Shown: one piece after another, positions 1 to 11,521 of the stretch | How positions within the stretch are numbered: the stretch's first letter is position 1 | Layout of the letters: each line of letters begins with the position of its first letter | NCBI GenBank assembly: GCA_951406725.2 | Contig: OX597833.1 | Location: 54,870,001-54,934,000, forward strand | Direction of reading: 5' to 3' | DNA: 64,000 nucleotides | DNA from: Octopus vulgaris | Lineage: Eukaryota | Position numbers and translations under genes: made by a program | Notes under the pieces: generated by a model | Database searches by the model: none | What the model was told of the DNA's origin: nothing | The model's input: the letters and a program-made list of their open reading frames with translations, nothing else

Positions 1-302
1 TTGGCTGTTATTTCTAGTAAATACAAGTGACCCTGTACAAGCACCCTTATTAAATCGTATGAATCAGTTGTTGAGGTTAATTTGCCATTCATCCCTCTGA
101 GGTTGATAAAATAAAGTATCAGTAAAATACCAACGTTGATGTTGACCTGATCCCTATTCCCGTGAAATTCCTGGCCTTGTGCTCAAACAATTATTTCATG
201 GGTGACTCGCAATTTTCTATTTGTTATTGGGATTAGTGGCTCAACTAGATTTACCTTTTATACACGTATAAACATGTACACGCAAAACACATACATGCAT
301 AT

Positions 303-487
303 TCTTTTCTACTCTATGCACAAGGTCTGAAATCTTGGGGGAAGCGGCCAGTCGATTAGATCGACCCAAGTACGCAACTGGTACTCAATTTATTGACCCT
401 GAAAAGATGAAAGGCAAAGCTGACCGTGGTGAAATTTGAACTCAGAACGTATAGATAAACGAAATACCTCTAAGTATTTCGCCGAGC
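303..487 (-). mobile_element. Degenerate SINE family B copy (short-tail variant)
   Basis: Reverse complement of the family B core (GAGTTCAAAT B-box; GCCTTTCATC...GGGTC.ATAAATT.AGTACCAG). Confidence 0.75.
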
Positions 488-647
488 GTGAAATGTGAGC
501 CTTGACTAAACAATTCCGCCCCACCCCCAAAAATGCATCTAAAAATTTATAATTGAAGAAAACGTGTTCCCAGGTTCTTCAATCAACTAAATTTACCTTT
601 TATATACGTATGAACACGTACACACTCACACTCACGCACATTAAAAA

Positions 648-681
<34 letters not shown>

Positions 682-1138
682 TTTTTTTTTTTAAAGCTTA
701 TTGGCTGGAACTCCTGATTATAGTAGCATATAAAATTCTTGCTTTTGTCCCCAGAAAATTGGATGATGAAATATGTAAAAGTGTTACTGTTTGGTTGTCA
801 TGTAAAAACCGTGACGGAAATTAACACCCCCAATTTTGTGCATGCCAGTGGTCATATGTGAGTTCGTGCATGTGGAGAGACAAATATGACATGGATTTCT
901 TAAATCACACAGCTTTAGTTAAGTGCGTAATCCATGTTGCGTAATTAAGCAGGATGTATATGGAAAATTGCATGTATAAAGTTGGTTGTGTGAGTCACAT
1001 TTCCAAAACTACGTGGCTTGTTTTGTTAGGATCACTAAGGAAGAAATTTGAAAGATTTCTTTGGAAAACACATTAACGTTTGTATAGGCTTCTGAGAAAA
1101 GCTGTTTTGCTTGAGCAGCTACAGACAGCAGGTAGATA

Positions 1139-1740
1139 GGGCGGCGAACTGGCAGAATTGTTAGCACCCCAGGCGAAATGCTTAGCAGTATTTCGTCTGC
1201 CGTTACGTTCTGAGTTCAAATTCCGCCGAGGTCGACTTTGCCTTTCATCCTTTCGGGGGTCGATTAAATAAGTACCAGTTATGCACTGGGGTCGATGTAA
1301 TCAACTTAATCCGTTTGTCTGTCCTTGTTTGTCCTCTCTGTGTTTAGCCCCTTGTGGGCAGTAAAGAAATAGGTATTTCATCTGCCGTTACGTTCTGAGT
1401 TCAAATTCCGCCGAGGTCGACTTAGCCTTTCATCCTTTCGGGGTTGATTAAATAAGTACCAGTTATGCACTGGGGTCGATATAATCAACTTAATCCGTTT
1501 GTCTGTCCTTGTTTGTCCTCTCTGTGTTTAGCCCCTTGTGGGTAGTAAAGAAATAGGTATTTCGTCTGCCGTTACGTTCTGAGTTCAAATTCCGCCAAGG
1601 TCGACTTAGCCTTTCATCCTTTTGGGGGTCGATTAAATAAGTACCAGTTATGCACTGGGGTTGATGTAATCAACTTAATCTGTTTGTCTGTCCTTGTTTG
1701 TCCTCTCTTGTGTTTAGCCCCTTGTGGGCAGTAAAGAAAG
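1139..1740 (+). mobile_element. tRNA-derived SINE family B, trimeric (full head plus two 5'-truncated ~180-bp units)
   Basis: A-box TGGCAGAATTGTTAG and B-box GAGTTCAAATTCC; three near-identical bodies; flanked by aggtagata (1130-1138) / aggcagata (1741-1749), a probable TSD. Confidence 0.9.
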
Positions 1741-1777
1741 AGGCAGATACTACTCAGTTCAACCCACCATCATTTTA

Positions 1778-2152
1778 ACTTATTATCCCTGCCTTAGTGA
1801 AAGCGGAGGTATTGTTTTCAGTCATATTTGTTCGTTTGTTTGTTCCCTGGACAAGATATCTCAAGAACCGCTGGATAGATTCGGATGAAACTTTCAGGGA
1901 TGTTTGGCCTTGTAACTGGCACGATCTGATTAGATTTTGGGATTGATCTGGTACCAGACGAGATTCTAAATTATTCTTCCTGTTTTTTTTACTTAAGTTT
2001 TGAAAGCGGTCGGGTTCATCTTTAGTATTCTCGTTTCTGAGAGCAGTCAAGTTTATTCCAGATATTCTCATTTTGAAAATCATCTCCGGCTAATCGTTGA
2101 GAGGACATTGGTGTTGCCTTGACAGAGGTTTGTGCTCTCTGAGTGCTCTTGT
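1778..2152 (+). mobile_element. Non-autonomous Helentron/HINE-like element
   Basis: Starts TTATTATCCCTGCC...GCGGAGGTATTGTTTTC, has a GTTT microsatellite, ends GACAGAGG..GTGCTCTCTGAGTGC (subterminal IR plus 3' hairpin), the architecture of DINE-1/HINE elements. Confidence 0.6.
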
Positions 2153-2169
2153 CTTATTTAGAATAAATC

Positions 2170-2390
2170 TTTGTCTGTATTTGTCCCCCTCCTCCACTTG
2201 ACCTGGTGTTGGTCTGTTTATGTTTGCATAACTTAGCAATTCAAGAAAAGAGACCAATAGTTTAAGTACCACACTTAAAAATAAAAACAAAACATAAGTA
2301 CTCAGGTTGATTCATTCGACTAAAATTTCATCAAGGCAGTGCTCCAGCATGGCCATAGTCTAATGACTAAAACAAGTGAAAGATTAAAGA
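2170..2390 (+). mobile_element. Degenerate 3' half of SINE family A
   Basis: GGCAGTGCTCCAGCATGGCC...AATGACTAAAACAAG tail shared with the intact copies. Confidence 0.7.
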
Positions 2391-2738
2391 TATTCTATTG
2401 TTTACACATGCACACATAATTATAAATACATATATTTTAATTTTTATGTAAACATGTATACACACAGACATTATAATTACGTATGTATGTATATAGGGAA
2501 AATTCTGATAAGCTATTGTTATAAAAATTAACAATTCTGATACCTAATTGACTCCTCAGTTAGTTGCAATTAAAAATTCTGAATTAGCAATTCTGATTAA
2601 GGAGGAGGAATTTGAATGATTGCAAAGCATTTGGAAATTAGAATATACGAAACGGAGCTGTGAAATGCAAATTCTGTGGATTCTGCAAAAATAGGTTATG
2701 TTCTATCTCGTAATCTCTTATTAAATTATTGTAATGTC

Positions 2739-2784
<46 letters not shown>

Positions 2785-3688
2785 TGTGTGTGTGTGTGTG
2801 TGCATGCTAGAATATCTTGGAGTATCCGAATCTGTCTTCGCTACCGTGAATATCTTTATCTGGTGTTATTGAAATGTCACGTAGATTAAATCAAAAAACA
2901 CTCATCTTCTCCTATATGTGGATGTGTGTATGTATATGTATATATTTGTATGCATGAAAATGTATATGTATGTGTGTATATGTGTGTATGTGTGTGTGTG
3001 TATTGCTCCTTGTGTATTTTGTGGGACCTATTTTATCAATCGACCTTGGAAGCGTAAAATGGCAAAGTTGAGTATTATGAGATTTGAACTCAATATAAAA
3101 AAGATGTAACCATATGCTGCTAAAATATTTTATCTTGTGCTCTATCGATGCTGCCATTCTTATATCTTTCTTCCCTACCCACCTCTAATCTTTAAACAAA
3201 TGTTGAAGTGAAAAGAAGACAATATAACTGCATGCATAAATGGATCCTGCGCTCTATGTACCACTGAAAAATACCACATAACCACACATAGCGAAAGTGT
3301 ACTGAACAAGAGAAACAAAGTCATAATGCTACAGACGAAAACAATTTATCTTTAAAAAGTAGTTAGTCTAAACTACAAACCAAATAAGACTGTCATCAGG
3401 TCTCTCTCTCTCTCCAATATGTTAAAAAATTAATGATACCTACAAAAATTAAGAAACTGCCCTGTACATATAGACTAATAAAAAAAACAAACCATGGCCA
3501 AAACACATACATGCATATTGATGCATATATGTTAATGCCAGAGCCAAACGTGAACCTTGACTAAACAATTCCACTCCACCCTCAATAATGCATCTAAAAA
3601 TTTGTAATTGAAGAAAACATGTTCCCAGGTTCTTCAGTCAATGAAAAGAAGCAGAAATCTTTAATTAAACAAATTCAGTATGTATGTA

Positions 3689-3740
<52 letters not shown>

Positions 3741-3741
<1 letters not shown>

Positions 3742-4118
3742 CTCTCTCTATATAAACGGCAGTTTGTCTGTGCGTTTTCTGTGTGTCTGTTTGCTTGTAC
3801 CCTCACCCTGACCACGGCTTTCAACCGATTCTGATGAAACTTGACACACACATAGCCCAATGTCATAATTCAAAACTAACGCAGCGAAAATTTTGAAAAG
3901 TTCCCCCAGTTCTGAAAAAAATCGATAAATTCGACATGGAGTCGAGAATCAGAAACACAAACCGCAAACTGTCTAGGGGACGCAACTCCACCTTTTTTAA
4001 CTAAAAAAAAACTTACCATCATTTTTTTCCATTTTTTTGCTATTTTTTGGCTATAACTCTAAAAATGCTTTATAGTTATTTCCCTTACAAACCTGAGCAA
4101 CGCCGGGCGATACTGCTA

Positions 4119-4119
<1 letters not shown>
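3741..4119 (+). mobile_element. Non-autonomous Helitron
   Basis: 5' TC(TC)TATATAAA, 3' hairpin CCTGAGCAACGCCGGG followed by CTAG; sits between A and T with no TSD. Confidence 0.8.
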
Positions 4120-4152
<33 letters not shown>

Positions 4153-4244
4153 TTCCTTTCCTGAGCATCTGCTAATACATTACATGTCCCCGCGTTGTTG
4201 TTTCTTTGTGCTTGTTCTTTTGGGATTTACTATATATGTGTATG

Positions 4245-4296
<52 letters not shown>

Positions 4297-4680
4297 TGTG
4301 TGTTTGTGTGTATATAATTTACCATTAATGCGAGTATGTATATATATGTAAGTTTATGTATGTGGATGTGGCTGTCTGTATATACTTGTGTATCCATGTG
4401 TATAAATGTAAAAATTTGTGTATATATGTATGTGTGTATGTCTCTTTAAGTTTTGTCATCTTAATCTATATAATAATGTAGAATTTGAAAAATTAATTTT
4501 TTAGTAGATTAATTCAGAATATTTTGAATCTTTCTGGTGCAAATTCTTGTAGTTAGTGTAAAATACACCATTATATTAGTAATTTAATATTAATTACATA
4601 TTACAAGTAAGATGTCTTCATTATACTAAATAATTATATGTAGAAATACATTCATTAAATTTATTAATTAACTGATGATG

Positions 4681-4735
<55 letters not shown>

Positions 4736-4825
4736 GGTTTTATTTGACTTACTAACTAAATTTAATAACCACAATAATAATTATTATAGTATTGTATAAT
4801 TTATAACTTACTCTTTAGTCTTTAG

Positions 4826-5030
4826 TCTTTACTCATTTACTTGTTTCAGTCATTTGACTGTTGCCATCCTGGAGCACCATCTTTAGTCGAGCAAATCGAC
4901 CCCAAGACTTATCCTTTGTAAGCCTAGTACTTATTCTGTCGGTCTCTTTTGCTGAACCGCTAAGTTATGGGGACGTAAATACACCAGCATCGGTTGTCAA
5001 GCGATGTTGGGGGGACAAACACAGACACAC

Positions 5031-5093
<63 letters not shown>

Positions 5094-5258
5094 CATGATG
5101 GGCTTCTTTCAGTTTCCGTCTGCCAAATCCATTCACAAGGCCTTGGTCGGCCCGAGGCTATAGAAGAAGACACTTGCCCAAGGTGCCAAGCAGTGGGACT
5201 GAACCCGAAACGATGTGGTTGGTAAGCAAGCTACTTACCACACAGCCACCCCTCTGCC
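4826..5258 (-). mobile_element. tRNA-derived SINE family A, full length
   Basis: Reverse complement of head GTGGCTGTGTGGTAAG...GGGTTCAGTCCC, CCTTGGGCAAGTG body, internal (TA)n, 3' half with AGTAAA-type tail. Confidence 0.9.
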
Positions 5259-5596
5259 TATTTAATCTTATTACAACAATACTATTTTGTTACTTCTGAA
5301 AGAATTAATAAAATTTGGATATATACCATTTATAGTCCTTTATTTAAAAAAAGATAATATCAATTAAATTTATCGAGGATCGGTATTCAGTCCTTGTTTT
5401 TGTTTATCTTTATTTTATTTACTGAGTTCTCCCTTCCCTAATATACAAATATTGGGACATTTACTTGTTAGTGTCTGTGAATAATCCTTATTTAAGTAAC
5501 ATCAAATCTGGTTACTTCTGAAAAACTAATAATATTTTGATATCTATTATTATTATAGCCTAACTCTATATCTATGGTGTAATATAGGTTGTAGTT

Positions 5597-5815
5597 CAGT
5601 GCTTTTCAAACTTTTTGCTGGAGCGGAACCCCAAGGAAACATTCTACTGGCTCGAGGAACCCCTGTGCAATAATTTAATTGTCTTATGCACACATATCTG
5701 CACAGGAGAATTAAAAATTACTGCCGATTTTAGCAGTTTTGTAACTTCTTGTGGAAGCCCTGGACTGTACTGGCGGAACCCTAAGGTTCCGCGGAACCCT
5801 GGTTGAAAACCACTG
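5597..5815. mobile_element. hAT-like MITE
   Basis: TIR CAGTGCTTTTCAA / TTGAAAACCACTG; perfect 8-bp TSD ttgtagtt at 5589-5596 and 5816-5823. Confidence 0.9.
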
Positions 5816-6386
5816 TTGTAGTTATTATAGCTCTAAGTTCATCTTCTTATTTATTACGGAATTCTCCCTCTGATAAATTAAGTAAATAAAGAACTTTTTC
5901 GTTAGGTTTCTCTTCATATTCATTACAAAATTTTCCCTCTGATAAGCTAAATAAATAAAGAACATTTTTCTGTTGGTTACTTTAAACAATTTTATTTTAT
6001 ATCAGCAACTTTAAATAAAGAGAAAAGCTGTTATATATATTACCAATTTAATAGTAAATTATGATTTATATTTATTTACACATTTTATTACAGTCTCTAG
6101 ATTAAGCAAGACTCTGATAGTTAATTTATATACCTATATATTGTTGTTACATGTTAGTATAATAGTCAAAAATTGTTTTCTACCTAAACGAGTTTGGATT
6201 AATATGATTTGAGATATATAGAAATATATTTCGATAGTTGTAGATTCTGTACTTAATTAATTTGTTCGTTATAATTAATTTGTTCGTTGAAAAGTTAATA
6301 CTTATGCTCATAATATATTGGCATTTGAATTAATTTCTGTACAATCTAGCCATCATTTCAGACGGAATTTTGTCTGTCTTTAAGCT

Positions 6387-6434
6387 AAAGCTCTGATGAG
6401 ACTTATATATAAGTTGAAACAAACTGTTGGCTCT
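6387..6434 (+). ncRNA. Type-I hammerhead ribozyme-like motif
   Basis: AGCT-CTGATGA-GACTTA tata TAAGTT-GAAA-CA aac TG-TT-GGCT: canonical core, stems I, II and III all pair, GUU cleavage triplet. Confidence 0.65.
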
Positions 6435-6534
6435 TTTCAGTTTTTTTAATGGTTATTTAATGTTATCTTATATTATATTCATAGTATATTATGTTATATT
6501 TCGTTTTTGGATTTAGTTTGCAAGATTCTTTATA

Positions 6535-7135
6535 TGAGTTCGTGTGTTGAAGCATATTCTGTTGTGTCTGGGGAGAGTCATTCTCTTTTAGTGCTTTATT
6601 ATTTAACACACTCACCTGTAAAATTTCCACTTATTACTTATTTTTACTTTCCTAAAATTTTTGTTGTGTCTTGCAACCTTTTCAATAGTTTTGACTCTGT
6701 CCGTTATTTACCTCTGTTGTGTCTAGGGAGAGTCATTTTCTTTTTGTGCCTTATAATTTAACACACTTACCGGTAAAATTTCCCCTTTTTCCTTATTCTT
6801 ATTTTCCTAAAATTTTCGTTGTGTCTTGCAACCTTTTCAATAGTTTTGACTCTGTCCGTTATTTACCTCTGTTGTGTCTAGGGAGAGTCATTTTCTTTTT
6901 GTGCCTTATAATTTAACACACTCACCTGTAAAATTTCCACTTATTACTTATTTTTATTTTCCTAAAATTTTCGTTGCGTCTTGCAACCTTTTCAATAGTC
7001 TTGACTCGACTCTGAGAGTCAAGACTATTGAAAAGGTTGCAAAACGCAACGAAAATTTTAGGAAAATAAAAATAATAAGTGTGTTAAATAATAAGGCACT
7101 AAAAGAGAATGACTCTCCCCAGACACAACAGAATA
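6535..7135. repeat. Three tandem ~155-bp units followed by an inverted partial unit (Penelope-pLTR-like arrangement)
   Basis: Unit GTTGTGTCT.GGGAGAGTCATT...CAACCTTTTCAATAGT repeated three times; inversion centre at ~7008-7016. Confidence 0.85.
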
Positions 7136-7371
7136 TTATGTTGTATTATAAATAAATTATTGGATTGTCAATTGACTCTCTCTATTTAATTTATTGTTTG
7201 TAATTTGCATTATACCCATATCTATGTGGTATTCAACTGACGTACCAGTGAAGTGGATGTTTTACACACTCCTTTGAAGGAATTCCTTTTCTTAGTTTGT
7301 TACTTTATATATGTGTGTGTGTGTGTGTGTGTGTATCTATCCATCCATATATATATATGTATATATATATA

Positions 7372-7600
7372 TCGGAGTAAACACATAAATGTGAAACAAG
7401 GTGGAAAAAAGAGTACTCAAATACCAGGGGTAGAGTAATATGCTTTATTTAAAAGCAGCAGAAATTCAACAAAACCTGGTACTCAGAGTTTCACGTTCCC
7501 ATTCATCGGACAGTTTTTAACAAAAACTGCGACGAACGGGAACGTGAAACTCCGAGTAACAGGTTTTGTTGAATTTCTGCTGCTTTTAAATAAAGTATAT
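7372..7600. mobile_element. (TA)n-embedded short element with inverted arms, each carrying a hammerhead-like motif
   Basis: Palindrome 7437-7600 centred ~7520; consensus CTGT-CCGAYGA-ACG GGAA CGT-GAAA-CTC Y GAG-TA-ACAG; sibling copies at 7940-8080 and 28251-28397. Confidence 0.75.
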
Positions 7601-7897
7601 ATATATATATATCCAGCTGTATTTATAGCACAGAATCAATCATCTTGCTACAGTCAAAAATTGTGAAGCATGACTGTCACCACTACTACATGAACCCGAA
7701 GATTGCAGAATTCAATGCATGAAAGTACTAGTTCAATCAGAATGAACATTTAACATTCTACTATTTCATTTTATTTTATTCTATTATAATATATTATCTT
7801 ATAATATATCATTATAAGATTGTAAATAAAACGTGAAAATCAGACAAGGTTGGAATTCCTTTTATTAATATATTCTTCTATACACAATCACACACAC

Positions 7898-7939
<42 letters not shown>

Positions 7940-7941
<2 letters not shown>

Positions 7942-8076
7942 CGGAGTAAACACATAAATGTGAAACAAGGTGGAAAAAAGAGTACTCAAATACCAGTGGT
8001 AGAGTAATATGCTTTACTTAAGCAGCAGAAAATTCAACAAAACTTGTTGTTGAATTTTCTGGTGCTTTGAATAAAG

Positions 8077-8080
<4 letters not shown>
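7940..8080. mobile_element. Second copy of the 7372-7600 element with the palindrome centre deleted
   Basis: Same CGGAGTAAACACATAAATGTGAAACAAGG end; short hairpin GAAAATTCAACAA...TTGTTGAATTTTC; flanked by (TA)n. Confidence 0.8.
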
Positions 8081-8110
<30 letters not shown>

Positions 8111-8179
8111 CACATTTATATATAATGTACATGTGTAAGATAAATGTAGAAAGAAGCATGGAGAAACATGTAAAAAAAA

Positions 8180-8335
8180 AAGTCTTTATTAATGATGTAT
8201 CTCGAAGGGAATTCAGTTATAAATAATAGCTTATAATACATTGATTAAAGAAACCCCTGGATGGCAGAAAGGCGGATTTTATCTGCTATTAGTTATAGCT
8301 GAATTCACTTGAAGGTACATCGTTAATAAAGACTT
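8180..8335. repeat. Foldback / MITE-like inverted repeat (~51-bp arms)
   Basis: 8180-8230 is an imperfect reverse complement of 8285-8335. Confidence 0.8.
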
Positions 8336-8738
8336 ATAACACACACATATACTATTAAAGACTGTTTTTATCTTTTGATGCTTGAGGGTAGTTGAATGTT
8401 TTTCTGATGAGAATTAATTATTGATGTAATTTCCTGCAATATAACAATGAAATGTAAAAGATCCAGTGTTGGATAATCGCTATAAATCAAATTACTCTGG
8501 CCTTCGGGCTTAATTTATGATCTGAGCATGTGTTTCCGCCAAGAAAATAAGTTTACTTCATAACTAGTTAGTAAAGCTGGGGTAGTTTTTTTTTTATAAA
8601 TTTGCTCATCAGTACACCACTGGTGTTATTGTTGTTTAAGCCCCTGGTCAGTCTATATCGAGTGGTCTTATAATCCACAAGCATTCCAGTTGCGACCATC
8701 CCATCTTCAGTGAGAGTTTATTGCAGATATCCTTTGTC

Positions 8739-9155
8739 GGATCTTTTCGGTTTGAACGGCAGTTTTTTCTAGTGGTGTCATATGAAATTGTCACCCATAA
8801 TTATGACCCTAGTATCGATCTATTGCATTTCGACCTGTTTTAGGGTTAGGGGTAAGGGGGGGAAGGGTATCTTTTTCTTCACAAATGTAAATAAACCCAA
8901 TCTGTTTCTTAAATGAGGGACATATTTATACAGCACAGAATATTTTTTTACCTCAATAGACGTCATTGATTGGTTGAAATTACAGAAATTGAAGAAAAAA
9001 ACAACAACAAATATCTTACAAACTATAGAATTTTCTCAATAAAGCCAAGAGAAAAAGATGTTTTATAAACACATTCTACCAGTATAACGAAGTTTAAAAG
9101 TGTTTAGTTATGTGGAAATTATTTTAAAAAACTGCCGTTCAAACCGAAAAGGTCC
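8739..9155. mobile_element. MITE with GG-initiated TIRs and 8-bp TSD (Merlin-like)
   Basis: TIR GGATCTTTTCGGTTTGAACGGCAGTTTTT; TSD cctttgtc at 8731-8738 and 9156-9163. Confidence 0.9.
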
Positions 9156-9183
9156 CCTTTGTCTAAAGACAGTGTTTTATTCT

Positions 9184-9808
9184 TAAACCCTTAGCATTCT
9201 GATTTATTGTGTCAGATGTAACGCTTAGTCATTCATTGTTTTGAATTAATAATACTTAATCTCATTGCTCTCAGATTTCAATGGTGTGATAGTTTACTTT
9301 TAGAATCTCTCTATATATAAAGCTGAAGTTGTCTGTGTATGGCAGGTTTGGTAGCCTTCAACTAATACTATCTCCTCGGAGACCCTGCGGTGTAAGTTGA
9401 CCAAAATTGAGAGTATGATAGAAGGCTTGCTCTTCATTCCGTAGAAGAAAAAAATTCAAATCAGACCATGTTAACACCAAAAATTATTTACATCAAAAAG
9501 GTGCTTTTTTTTTCTCTGAAAATCCCTATTTTTTACGATTTTTTTTGACTGCTGTGTCGTCATTTTTCAGTGTATTTCAACCTGAATAATCTTCACTTAA
9601 AGAGAATAACGAGCTACATAATGCAAAACTTTAACTTTCCAAAATTCCAATTCTAAAGGGTCGAAAAGAAAACAAGCCCGAGCAACGCTGGGCTATACTG
9701 CTAGTGACATTAAAAGTTAAGTGTGAGAGACCGGATCTAGCCTGTTTAGATATAAAAAAGGCGGACTATTTGGGTTGGGTGTGGCTAGTTTAAATACCAA
9801 AGGATTGA
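9184..9808. mobile_element. Degenerate TTAA-type MITE interrupted by a Helitron
   Basis: CCCTTAGCATTC.GATT start; the sequence either side of 9306-9704 rejoins as TTTAGAA|TGACATT, as in sibling copies. Confidence 0.7.
9306..9704 (+). mobile_element. Non-autonomous Helitron
   Basis: 5' TCTCTCTATATATAAA; 3' GCCCGAGCAACGCTGGGC hairpin plus CTAG; precise A|T insertion. Confidence 0.85.
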
Positions 9809-10282
9809 ATTAATGCTTTATTAGTATTATAATTTTAAGACGATGCATTCTTTTTCTCTCAAGGTACTTATTTCTAGCAAGCTGAGAAGTAACGTAGAAG
9901 TATCCCTGTTGGCTCACTCTTAACTATGGAAGAACATTAGGAACAATAATCTAGAAAAATGTTTTTCAGACCTCATTTGTCACATCCTTTTCGTTATCAA
10001 ATGTCTATTTGAACACCTACTCATTTTTTTTTTCAAGTACAAACACACACTGTCAGGCCAGATTATTTTAATTCCGGGTACTACTTTGTCGTTACCATTT
10101 ACCCCTGGATCACACTGCTATAAGCAAATACTACACTCATCGGTAATATACATTTGGTTTTGTTTGTTTAATTACATTTTGAAGAATATTATAACATTTT
10201 GGTTTGGCTCAGGTTTAGTCTTATTCCTGGTAGGATTTATATGGGCATCGGATTACTACCTGTAACTTATTATTATTATTAT

Positions 10283-10840
10283 TGAGTGAGAGAGCAGTGC
10301 ATGCCATCAAAGTGACACTGGGGTAAAATATATGAAGCCCAGTATACCCATCATGACTGCCCGTCTGATAAGGGTACACTAGGCACTTGCTTCACAACCA
10401 TATGTGTTCAATATGGTGATCTCATATCAAGATAAACAACACATGACCTTGCAGGTGGGGCCCAGTTAGAATTTTCTTCTGGTCGAGTAACCCATCCCGC
10501 TCAAAAGGTCCCTGAATAAGGGTTGTTTAAGGATGTTGAACGAAACACCCATGTTTCCAGAGGTGAATTATTCAAACCCCAAAGAATCCCTCTCAACGCA
10601 TGGCTATGATGCTCCCCCACTACTTCTGCTCGTGATCAGAGATGCACATATCGTCAGCCACTAAGGGACATGCTCAACTGGTTATGGTCAAACAACTGAC
10701 AAGCAAATCTGTGGTATTGAGCAGAATATTTGCTGTAGCCCATCTTTTATACCAAGACAAAACAATGTACATGATAACACTTCCAATCAGTGAAGATCAG
10801 AAGCCATGAGAGCCACTGTCTGGTACTACATCAGGGCATA
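10283..10840 (-). mobile_element. Unclassified ~560-bp insertion within an (ATT)n tract
   Basis: Sharp-edged, higher-GC block flanked on both sides by (TAT)n; no ORF or TIR; strand is a guess. Confidence 0.45.
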
Positions 10841-10956
10841 TTATTATTATTATTATTATTATCATCATCATCATCATCATCACCGTTGTCGTTGTCGTCG
10901 TAGGTGTGTTAGTGGTTCACAATCTGTTTATTATGATATTCTTTTTTTTTTTTTGT

Positions 10957-11160
10957 TCTATATATTTTAGAGTTAAGGAATTCTGTATGTTATTTACATA
11001 ATCTACATTGGACGCAGATGTGTCCTCATCTTGTTTGTTGTTATCACAACATTTCGGCTGATTTACTCTCCAGCCTTCATCAGGTGTCCTGGTAGAATTT
11101 TGAACCCAACTCTGGGTTCTCATTCCTTGGGTATTTTTTCCTGATGTTTTAATTATCATT
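10957..11160 (-). mobile_element. Hammerhead-bearing tail of the 39.7-40.3 kb family (no tRNA head)
   Basis: Colinear with 39740-39930; minus-strand CAC-CTGATGA-A-GGCTG..CAGCC-GAAA-TG-TT-GTG at 11043-11088. Confidence 0.75.
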
Positions 11161-11474
11161 ATTCTTATTGTTTATTCATGTTGTTGTTATTATTATTATT
11201 TATATGAATAAATAATAATAATAATAATAATGATTTAAATAATAGACAAAAACTTTCTTTCAGTTACATTCAAGATATATAATTGTACTTGAATAAATAT
11301 TCTGTAGGCACTTTTCACACAGAAACTATACACTCTTATCTTTCTGATTAAAATTTTATATATATATGTGTGTGTGTGTAAAAATCGACACTGCTTAGCA
11401 AAACCACACACACACACACACATATATACATACATATATACAATATATACATACATACATACATATACATATAT

Positions 11475-11521
<47 letters not shown>

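Noticed and set aside
755-857. Open segment between a good acceptor (ccccag) and donor (gtgagt)
   Set aside because: The peptide is unrecognisable and there is no supporting neighbour exon; a short open frame is expected by chance.
3831-3841. CTGATGAAAC in the Helitron
   Set aside because: There is no stem II between CTGATGA and GAAA; it is part of the common CCGATT..GATGAAACTT internal motif, not a hammerhead.
8839-8853. TTAGGGTTAGGG telomere-like repeat
   Set aside because: Only two units, internal to a MITE.
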